Of a stretch of 64,000 nucleotides of DNA, positions 23,516-35,300 are shown piece by piece. The notes under the pieces were generated by a model that made no database searches, was not told where the DNA came from, and worked only from the letters and a program-made list of their open reading frames with translations. The stretch comes from Azolla caroliniana (taxonomy: Eukaryota; Plantae; Polypodiophyta). Position numbers and translations under genes: made by a program. Each line of letters opens with the position of its first letter. Positions within the stretch are counted from its first letter, which is position 1. The DNA is taken from the NCBI GenBank assembly GCA_043228905.1, contig JBHGNT010000009.1, positions 6,634,001-6,698,000 of the forward strand, given 5' to 3'.

Positions 23516-26254
23516 CATGAATTGCATTCATATAGAAAGAAGGTAGAGCTCAATTACCTTGGAATGATAATAAGCATCGAGTGAAGTGAGGATGTTGTAA
23601 AACAATAGAATTCACGAGTAATTGCCACTAGCTCAATTCCAAATAGCTGATTATTTAATATCTTTGTGTACCTTGTCCAGTAATTTCTATTACCATTTGA
23701 CTAATTTCTATAGAAAGAAGAGGGGGTTATCAAATCATTTGACTAATGTCAAACCTAATACCATAAAGAGTATTGTATTGAAAATTTTCTACAATTGCAA
23801 CCTCAATAGAATAGTTATTGGGAGATCTCATCATGTAGATAAATAAAGAAAAGTGATCTTCATGTTAGAGAGGAAAGTTGATGGGATGTGGCAAATATTG
23901 TTATGGTAGCTTTAAGCGTTATGTGAAAACTTGTCCATCATAGGGGACTAGTGTGAGCACACAATATCATTAACTCATCATGAGTGCTCATAAAAGTTCA
24001 TGATGCTAATTATGAGCATTGTATGCTTTGTTATAAAAAGTCATGGTCGGTAGGCGAATCTCAACACTTCATTGGCATCGGAGTATGAAGATTTCGTCTT
24101 GCTTTTTGAGTATTTCTACAACAAGTAAATTTTACCGCTTCATTGGTTGTCGCAACCTAGTTTACCGTTAATTCTTATCGATGGCTTGGATGAAATATTT
24201 GTAGAGACATTTGTAAATCAACTTTTCTTGGTTTGGGAGAGTCATAATCGCCCTTTAATCTTCTCTCAAATTTATTATTTATGTGAACTCTCTTTCATGA
24301 AGCAAACTTGGGCACCTTGTTATTAGTTACTCCTTATAGTAAATGATACTCTATTATTGGTGTATGTTTTACTTTCTCGCGGTCATTTCTTGTACTTTTG
24401 GTGAATATTGAATAGAGAATATAGTTGGTTTCACTCTTGGGTACAACAAACTTTGTTTCTTAGCAATTGAAAACAACACCCACTTCAATTGAAGCCATAT
24501 GTAGCATTTCTCATCACAAAGATCAACATGAGCAAACTATTGTCAACTTACCGTTGAAATTTCTCATGAGGATAGCACACTACTCCATGACGAAAGAAAT
24601 AAGTTTCCCATTTGTTATCTATCATGGAGATTGTTTTGTCTTCTAAATGGCAAGAGGGTAAGAAGTTCACAAAGTTAAAAATTCTTTCCCAAATGGGAAT
24701 GTGTACATTGTCTCTATAATACCGATGAGGTTCACCATTAATGTGACATTTGGCATAAATGGGCCCATGCATATAAATGTTGGACGACTCTTGATTAGCA
24801 TGGCACACCACAACCAACACCATGACCTAAACTCATAATGCCTTTCGGAATGGGGTTTTATTTTCATGAAAATCGGTGACAATGGGATAACCAATAGAAA
24901 TACTCCACGGAGGACACATATTTTACCTGATACATTGCAAAGTATCAATCAATTGCTTGTGGCCATGAAAGCCTCGATAATTATCAAAATGTTCGAATAT
25001 TTATTTGTGGCAAGTTCTAACCAAAGTACAAGGCAATTAGTTGAAAGGGTGTACTGGAATGAGGTAATGCATTTAGGGTCATGCCAAAGTGACTAAACCA
25101 TTCTTTATTTTGAGCGTGCCAACACCAAGAATTGACTTTGAGCTAAATTTTTCGATGTAATAAGTGCTAGTTGTGCATATATTTGTGTATGCTAACTCCC
25201 AAATTTGCCAAATATAGTTTACAGTTTGAAATGATGCTTCGGCAACTATTGCAAGATGTGCACCCAATCTCAACACAAACTATGACAAGTAGATTGCTCT
25301 ACATCATGCAAACAATCTCAAACAAAAGTCCTCGCTAATTTAATCTGTCTAGTTGTGAAGATTGCACCCCCAACTGCCCACCTGCCCCCTTAAGGTTTCC
25401 AACCCCATAAAGGCAAGGACAATGTGCAAGCAGAACTAACAACCACAATACGATATGATCTTATCCATGTAACTTCTTTGGAAACACAATATATGCACAT
25501 CATCATTCAAGTGCACACGACGACTACACATGCACGCACGCGCACACGCACACACACACACACACAGAGGTCATGTTTGGGCTTTGAGGACGATAATATA
25601 ATCTATTTATGTTTGTCCTTCGAACCATTGCTTGCAACGTAGCTCACATGCATGGCGATGTGAGCCAGGGCGTTGGGGCACAAGTGGTGAGAGTGGTCGA
25701 CTATGCACACTTTGCCCTAAAGAAGTTTGAGGGTTTGCGTATCACACTTCAATGCTATTCGATCGTGCTTTTCATGCATCATCAACCAAGCCCAATCCTT
25801 GCATGAATTTCTCTCACAACCACAATGTGCACCTCTCGATCACAACGTTCATGATCGGTAAAGTTCTTGAACATCGAGAGTCGCTACTCACTTTCATATG
25901 AAATTTAATCTTTTTGGTCTCATAGGTCATATTTGACCTCCTTAAACGATAATAAAATCTATGTATCAATCGATCAATCAATCTATCTATCTTGACAATC
26001 AAAGGCTGCCTTATGTAAGGAGGGTTGTGTTGACGTGAATGTGAAGGCAGGCTGACCGAGTACACGTATGGTCACATGCATGTTCCACCTCCTCCGTTTC
26101 GAAGCAGGAGCTGGCGGTCTAATTGTGGCTACCAACAAAGACGTGGGTGGTGTTGGGGTCTTTCTAAGTGTTGGAAATACCGAGGGGTATTCTAGGAAAT
26201 GTGGAAAAACATGGGAGCAAGGAAGGAGGGGTATCGCCCGTAAATCCCCAAAAC

Positions 26255-26287
26255 CTTCTTCTTCTTCTTCTTCTTCTTCTTCTTCTT
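26255..26287 (+). repeat. (CTT)11 microsatellite in the SPO11-1 5' region
   Basis: Direct reading. Confidence 0.95.
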
Positions 26288-26358
26288 TCTTCCATATTCT
26301 CTTCTTGTGAAGACTCTTCTCCCTCCCTTCTTCCTTTCTACTTGTGAAGACTTTGGCT

Positions 26359-29300
26359 ATGGCGATTCGAAGCTCTACGCCAGACTCCAATGCGCTTCTG
26401 CAGAAAATCAAAGGCAATATTCTGTCTCCGACCTCCATTTCTTGACGAAGAAGGAGGAGGAGGGGGAGGAGAAGAAGAAGAAGAAGAAGAAGAAGAAGAA
26501 GAAGAAGAAGAAGAAGGCCGCGTGCTTTCTGATTTCTGTTATGTAATGTCATGTGATGTGTTTTGCTCTGTAGATTTTGTGATGGAAATGGTCATTGATT
26601 TGTCTCAAGGAAAGCTTCCTTCTGTTTCCATAGACACGTATCGACCTCGTCTTCTTTTTCCCGAGGAGTGCAGGTAACGTTCTTTTTCTTTCCTTTTAGA
26701 TTGCTTCATTCTTTCAATTTCCTGCACTTACATTCACTGCATTGAAGAATCATATATTTTCAAAATTGCCGCATTTTCTCCACATTCCTTGAAGAATATA
26801 ATTGTCACGAACTAGGAAGCTATTCCTTATGAAACTTTAGCCATTTTTCTCGTTACTTTGAGTTTTCTGCACTTAATTCACCATGTCTAGAGGATCCCGT
26901 TCACAATATCTATACTTTCCTACGAGAACACTTTAAAGTCTAACCATTTTTCTGATAAAATCTCGTGCCTTTATGGCTGTATCAATGTACTTTTCTGTGA
27001 TTAATTCACTGTATCCAGAGAATTATATTATTCACTATATCTCCACTTTTCTAGGAGAAGAGTTGAAACTTAGCCATTTTCAAGAAATCTTCTCACAGTA
27101 GCAGCTCTCGTTAGAGTTTCTGTGCTTATTTTGAATATGATATAATTCTCATTTCAAAAAAACTCTACTTCCTTAGAAAAAAAGGCTAGTAGTTAAGAAG
27201 GCATTTGAGAAAAGGTAGGAATACTGAAGTATATATCTTGTGAATCCAATCATCTTGGCGTTGGGTTCTTAGGTTTGGAACTGTATGAGAGAAGTGGGAA
27301 ATCTGTGGTCCAATTACCTTCCATTGGATCTGTGAAAGAAATATACATTTGATGAACTATGCATCTGGCTTTGGATTATTGGTTTAGAATCTATGAGGGA
27401 AGTATAAATTTGTAATCCAATCATTTGGCTGTGGATTATTGGGTCTGATATCTATGAGAGAAGTGGGAAATTTGTGATCCAATCATCTGGCATTGGATTG
27501 TGGGGTCTGGAATCTTTGTGAGAAATATAAATTTTGTGATTCAATTACCTGGCATTGGGTTGTTAGGTCTGGAATCTATGAGAGAAGTGGAAACCAAGAG
27601 CTATTGGGACTCCAACGCACTAGTACTGCTCGTCGGCTTGGTAATAAATACTTTTTAAAGTTTAATCCCAAGCTTTCTTCCAATTGCCTCTGATTTTTGA
27701 GAGTCATTGACAAAGTAATTTGCTTCTTTATGTACGTTTACTATTTAAATGAGCATCTTTCGGAGAATCTTCTATACATCGAGAAAAATATCTTGCAATA
27801 CATAAGCTGGTATATAAATTGGTTTGATTGATCATTTGGATCTCAGAGTTGAAAGCTTTTCTGCCATTAATTAAGATCTGTAGCTGGCTGTATACACTTA
27901 GATCAGTTATATGCAGCTCAGTTTGTTGAACGAATTTTGGAAATTTAGAAATCTAATTTTCCATATTGCCTTTGAAAGTGCTTCGTTTTGCTGATCCAAG
28001 GATCAGCCATTTCAACAGACGAGCTTGACAATGATTCATTTTAGACAGAATCTATGGGGAGAAGTATATTGAAGACAATAATAGCTCAGTTAGAAGTAAA
28101 TGGCAGAGGCTTGAAGATCATACGTTCAACCTTTAAGATTTGACAGTGGCATTTAGTAAACTAGTGCATATGGTGAGATTGAACCTGGATAACTGGGCTA
28201 GTAAAATTTCGTCCCATGATCATTAAAATGTATTGGGCTTCTCATCATTATCCTCATCATCATCATTATTTCGCTCCTCTTCAACACACTTATGAGTCTT
28301 AGTCATTGACCCAAATGAACATGATGTCTGAACATGGTTGGTTTGTATCCTACCAATTCCTCGGGCAGTTTTTGCAGCATAAGAAGTATATATTCTGTAA
28401 GCATTTTGAAAGTGATCGCCAACCTCCATTCTGTCTCTTTCTGACTGTCCTCTTCTTGCATTTTTTTGCAATTGCATAAGATGTACTGAGTTCCTTGTCA
28501 TCATATAGTATATTCATCGTTGAGGCCGCTTGCAAGGCTAATCACCGGTCAAGAGCCTCAATACTCTTCTCATCATCATAATCATCATCATTTTAGTCCT
28601 CTTCAACACTCTTTATGGGTCTTAGTCATTAATTGAGTACAATGTCTAAATATGGTTGTTGGATCATATCTCACCAAGTTCTCTTGCAAGGTAAGAAGGA
28701 GATCTTCACGAAGCATTTTGAATGTGACTACTGACCTCGATTCTCTCTCTCTGCCCCCTTCTTCTTGCATTTTTTGCAACTGCATAAGATGTACCTTGTT
28801 CCTTATCACCATATAGTAAATTCATCAATGAAGCCACTCGGAAGGCTAAATCACCATTCAAGAGCCTCAATCCTCTACGTTGAAAATAATTCTTGCATCT
28901 AAGCAAAGAGAGGAAGAGATTACAAAGTTAGACATAATATTGAAGGAGTTTTGTTTTGAACTCTTTGGTATTGCAAACTTATAATAAATAGACACTCACA
29001 GACCTTAGGTATTGGGTAAATAACTAAGTATTATGCAAATGAGTGGCATACTTATTACTAATGGCTCTATACAATGTCAAGATTCTGATCTCTAGTGACA
29101 AATATTACAAATTTACTTACTTTGTGACCCATCAAGAACACTTAATTTTTCCAACTACGTGAACAGGTTCAAGCAACACATATATTATCGTATGATCATT
29201 CTCCAAGATTTAATGTGATTGAACACATTATCCAGGCATACTATGGCACATTTTGAAGGCCAATCCAAGAATGTCTTGTTTCAACCATGGTTCATCTGAG

Positions 29301-32300
29301 CATTCAGAGAACAATGTATAAATATGCTAGATCATTTCTTCATGTATGTATGTATGAGATATTGACTCAATGCCTCTGATCGCAGTACATAATGATCTAT
29401 TATAAAAATGATTAGAACCTATTATTTTTTATATTCTCATAATGTCAAAGTGGACTGCATGTTTGTGTGTGTCTGCAGTTATCATGCTACGAGTGCTTGC
29501 AATTATACAGCAGCTGCTCCAAGAGGAAAAACATGCTTCCAAGAGGGATATTTACTATACTGACCCATCAATTTTCGACAGTAAGACATAAATTGGTTAA
29601 TTTATATCTGAAAACTGAAGTAGGATACGTCAACTTTGACCTTGCATGTATCTCTAAATGAGGATGTTTTAATCTGTTTCCACTTTTTTGTGTGAACCTC
29701 AATCTGTTAACTCATAAGTAGGTTCAATATTCCTTTCCTGATGTCTTTTTCTTCAAAATAATTCATTTCCTTCATCCAAACCAAATATCGGCAGAAGATT
29801 GGAGCTGAACAATATTGGCTTTAATTGACTCAGTCAAAAACTTCAAAATTGACATCCTATGTGATTAGGTGTTGTAAGGATATTGGAGGGAGCTTTATTC
29901 TATCAGAAATCAGCAAAGTTTACTGTTAACTTGTGTATCTTCTGATGGTTGTGTAACCCATTCACCAATGGCTAAGGAGAAAGATGTCCCAATAATCAGA
30001 TGTATACTTTCATAGTTTCCAACTGCTCATCATTGTGATTAGTTTATCAATGTTCTATATTACAATGAAATATAATGGCTATAAATTGCCTATACAAAAA
30101 TAACCAAAACAGTTATTTACATATGCAAAATTTCTTGGACCTCCAAGATATAGTCTGAATAATCAACATTGTATTGTTATCACCATGAAATCAGCATCAC
30201 ACGTTGTCGGCCATCTGGTGAGGGGCCAGTAAGTTGAAAACACTTAAACATAAGCCCTATGTAAGAACCCGATTATGGGTCGTGTAATATTTATTGTAGG
30301 ATAGCCACTTACTTTTCAAGGGGCAAACAATGATTACATAATACTATAGGGGCCGAGAAACCTCGTATAAATATTTGTAACAGGCCTGAGGAAGGCAAAA
30401 ATAAAATTAAGTGTGCCATTACACTACTCTCTCTTAACAGCTGTATCTCCATATAAATTAAGTTTTAATTAAGCATAGGTCTGTGTGTTTTTAAGCAATT
30501 TTGCGTGTTTCGGAGATTTTCACCTGTAGCATTAAGCATTTCAGACTTCATTATTGCAAGGTTGCCTGGTATGTTAGGTAGCACCTCAGGCCAGAGTAAA
30601 CTGGTGTCTACTTTCACCCATCCACCTCTTGTAGGAGCCAGCCAGCTCCTTCACATGCAAGTAGACCACCTATCATCTGCAGAGTTGATCACTATTGTTA
30701 GAGATTTCCATTACAGGCATGAGTAACACATGATGACCACGATGTACCGCCCATCTTGTTGTGGATGAGCACAACAGATGTTCAATCCCGATGACTCCAC
30801 TTTTACCACCAAACACCTCCATCTTACAACATTGATAATGCTACAACATTGCTCATAGATTGATAATGCCACAACATTGCTCAGAGGCCTGATAGCATCC
30901 GCAGGTTCTACATCATCATTGAGGACATCGTTGTGCACCCTTTGAGGACTAGTCTATCGTCCAATTCTGCAACCCACAGTTCAGCTTCAACCAGATTGCT
31001 CGTCTGATGAGAGCACTAGGACCACTACCAGCCTGTTTGACGAGACCCACGTCCACACATCCATCAGTGGACTCTCACAAGGGCAATGTCTCATGAGCAT
31101 GCATTTGTTCACCCTTCTCCCATCCGCTAGCTAACGGCACAGTCTACTCGTGCTTCAACCTCTTATTCTTCACGAAGATGATCCAGAAGGGCACCTAGCT
31201 ATAGAACAAGAAGTATGTATCACTCGTTGAAGAAGAGCTGGCTCTAATGATGAGATGTCATGAAGATATGCTTGCTGCGAACTGGTCGGAGAAGCAGTTG
31301 TTGGAAAAGACAGAGATGGTAAGCCAATTGTGGGGAGCTATATCAAAGTGGACCATGTGTATTGACACCCTCAGGAGCTGGATGATGTAGATTCAGAACC
31401 CACTAATGATGCGGTTATGGTCAATGTCAATATGGTCTACCACACCTTACTTAACTTGGATGCCTCTAAGCAAATACTATGATGTACCCAAGTTTTGCCA
31501 TGGAAGAAGCACCTGGAGAAGGACATCTGTTCCAACGCCCTATTCCACTCCCATTTTTAGAAGGGATAATTTTCCTCCATATGGCAATAGCACCAAAACT
31601 CAACAATTTTGAACTGTTACTCTTTATGTACCCAGCAGATCTGGTCATGATTGTGACTCCTAAGTTATGCGAAGCTTTCAGCCTTCTCCATCACAACATT
31701 CCAGACATAGCTCACCTATGTTTGGTCCTGGGTCGTGCAGCTTTTCCCCTACGACGTTCATCAAAATCCCTTCCATCTTAATGAACACAACATCCCAGAC
31801 ATAGCTCACCCCTATGTTTATGTCCTGAGTCATGCTTTTTTCCCCATACCACATTCACATTACCCTCACCCACATGATCCCCCACTCCCCTTTGCTAGAG
31901 GTCATGTCTTGCCTCTCCAACACACTACATACAGACAACATGAGGTTCGATTCATCATACCTGTACACACACTGACTCCTTTTTGCACAACACCCACATG
32001 GTTCCCCACTCCCCTACTACATTCATGTTACACTCACCTGCCCACATGGTCCCCCACTCCTTGCCAAAGGTCATGTCTTGCCACACCAACACTCTACATA
32101 CACAGCATGAGGTTCAGTTCATCATGCTGCACACACACTGACTTCTTTTTGCTTGATGATACCCACACTATTTCCATTTAACTGAAAGGGCCACAACTTG
32201 TCGATGACATCCTTAGGAAAACCATTCTGTTTAATCACCCGTATCTCCCTAATGGGACATCAATAACTGCTGCCACTATTAACAGTTGGAGTCCCCACTA

Positions 32301-35300
32301 CATCATAGGCCCACAAATGATTTGATGCAACCTGATTCTATAAAAAGTTAGTGGAATGATTCAAACTCACATGTTTGCTGCACAATGACCTGATAGTATC
32401 GAGTGAGGTGGATGGCTGAACAATTGCCTTGACAATCAGTATGTGGTGGAAACTTTGACTTTAATGATACACCTCCCATCTTGACAATGTTGTACAACTT
32501 TTACCCACATATTTAGTGCGGAAAACAGTGTTGACCTTGTGTTGTACCCGCAGATCGTGTCGACATAATACAAGAATGGTCTAATGCATGCCAACCTGAG
32601 TGACGGGGTTGGTACCATGCAGTATTGGATACCCTCACCAAACATTTTGGTGCTGAACCACCATGGCACAAAACGTTTTTCAACAATCTTGACTTGTAAG
32701 TACAATTATCCAAACCTTCTAATGTGTGCACAAATACTACTTTCTTTCCTCTTCCTTGATAATGGGCATGGTCAGATTTGTTCACAATACAAAGGATGTC
32801 TCCAAAATTCCTTTTTCAATTTGCCAGCTCTCTAAAACCCTCATTGACGAACCCACAAAAGAGTAAAAGTTTAGGATCATGGACAAACTCATCAAGAAAC
32901 ATATCAACATCTGCAACTTTGACCTACAAGCCACCATTTGTCTCTTACAATTGCTTCGTACTCTATGGGGCCTTGCTTTTGACCTCAGAAAAGGACTTAC
33001 TTGCTGGTCTATTCATCAACAAACATATCAACATCCTTGACTCAGCCATAAGCCACCATTTATCTCTTACAATTGCATGACATCCTCTCCGGTGGTGCAA
33101 TTTTCATAACCCCATGGTGTCACACTTTTGACTGCCCTTGATGGAGCCTTGCTTTTGACAACTGGCAGGGCTTGCTGTCAACAGAGGGCCTCCTTGCTGG
33201 CAACTGGCTGGCCTCTAGACTTGCATGCAAATACTGTTGTCCTACCTACAAGACTTCAAGACCATGGTTGACGTGGGGTTTTTCCACCTCGTATGCCAAG
33301 TTTGGAAGCTACCCATATCACATTTTTCTCAAATCGCCGTGCTTCATTTCTCTGTTTCAATATAGCGTAGATTGTCCCCTTCAAAACATGACCAAAGTGG
33401 AAAAAAATAAAGTTATCTCTGAACTGATATTATCAACTTGGAAAATAAAATAATATGGATCAGCCCCACTTCTATCAGAAGATGGCCCACTATAAGACAA
33501 AGACACTTTTTTCATGTATTGGAGGATGGGTTCACCATTAGGCCCACTTATAAAGACATATACATGTGTTGCACAATGTGATAGGGCAGCTGCAAACTTC
33601 TTCACCTCAGTTCGAGCTCGAGGTAGGCAGGTGTGCAGGAAAACCTCTAGAAGAAAGGATTTGCCAGTTGTCACCAGGGAGTGGAATCTAAAGAACACTA
33701 TGTTTTTCATTGTGCTGTTTTTTGTGAAATAAAAGGGAGATACCACTGCCTCTTTAAGCATGGTTTTGGCTCACTACGCAAGGTAATGGAATATGAGGAC
33801 CAACTATGCTTGTGGTGATTCTTGCTAGACCTCAAGAGACATTGGGAGAAGTTGTTGAAGGACTACAATACAGCCACACAAGCTAATCAACAAAGAACAA
33901 TCAGAACTTTCTTTAGCTGCATCACTCCTACTCATACTATAAGTCAATCAAGGGCTACACACATGGGCTCCCGACCAAGATATTGCAAAGGGGTTACAAT
34001 AGATTGGGCAAAAGCAGTTTGTCGTGCATGTAGGTGGTGGCCTTGTGAACCATCATCACCCTTGCCATCCACAGATAAAAGTCATTATCTCCCACCATCA
34101 CAAGCGATTCCCTTGGTTCAGAGATCTCTCCATTCTGGATCGACCTATGGTAGAGATCTTTCAAAGAAAATAATTTATAATATATCTGATTTGAGAATCT
34201 TACAATGAGATTCTTTAGCCACATCATTAGCTAAGTTTATTTTGGTTTGTTCTCAAAGACGAGATCACATTTTAAAGATTTAATCTCTTGTTTGGTCTTA
34301 TAGGCCATTTTGGCCTCGTAAAATACATTAATATATTATTCATTCATTCATTCATTCTATTTCACCACTCACACAGGAGGCCACCTTACCTTCTCTTAAT
34401 GTTCAACACCTCCATCAGACTCCAACTTGCTGGCTTCCCCCTCATCACCCCAAATGCCCAGCTCCCCTTGGTAAACCCTTCCCCTGTCCCTAAATTAGAA
34501 GTGAACCGCCACAAAAAATGAGCTGGGATAACTTCCAAACTTGGCCTATGAGTGAACAAATCTGGTGTCAACCATGGTCTTGAAATCTCATAGGTAGGAT
34601 GACAACAGTATTTGCATGCGAGCCCAGAGAGGCCACCTCTCTGATTTCCACTACCTCAACTCATTTAACAAGGGGATATAAGCGCGGGGAAGTAGAGGAA
34701 ATTAGAGATGCCACTTATCTTCCCCCCAAAACCCAAATCCACATTTCTTTCAGCTACTTATATGAGACAACCTTATTGGATCAGTTGGCCAGGTTTATGG
34801 GAAATCTGGTTTTCAGATGTTCTTTTCCAATCTTTGTTAGTTCTCCCAATAAGGCAATAAAGAGGAAATATAGTCAAATTGCTGATAGATAATTGATATC
34901 ATCAAAAGACAACTTGAGAGCTGCTGATGCTTATTAAAAATCTCCCTGGTTTTGAAGGAGATTGAGTATTAGTACTAACTTAGGAATGATTACTTTCCTC
35001 TTACAAAAGTTTGTTCTTCATGATACCAAAATTCTTGTATACATGAATTCAGCTTGAAACCTATGTCTAAGCCTTTGATTTTATATCAAAGAGCAGTGGA
35101 TGTAGACTTTTTTCTACCTGCTGATCCATTCTTCTCTTTAGATTGTAGAATATGCTGCTTATTAAACTGAAACTCTCTTGGAGAGCTAAATCTTTCCATA
35201 AATTTCTGTTTTTTCTTTCAACTAGGCATGTCAGTGGTTGATCAAGCAATCAATGATATTTGTATAAAGTTAGAGTGCAGCCGCAATTCTTTACATGTGG

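Noticed and set aside
25983-26552. 189-aa minus ORF with poly-Leu/poly-Glu, and the poly-Lys ORF at 26307-26546
   Set aside because: Products of the GAA/CTT microsatellites overlapping SPO11-1 exon 1; no domain.
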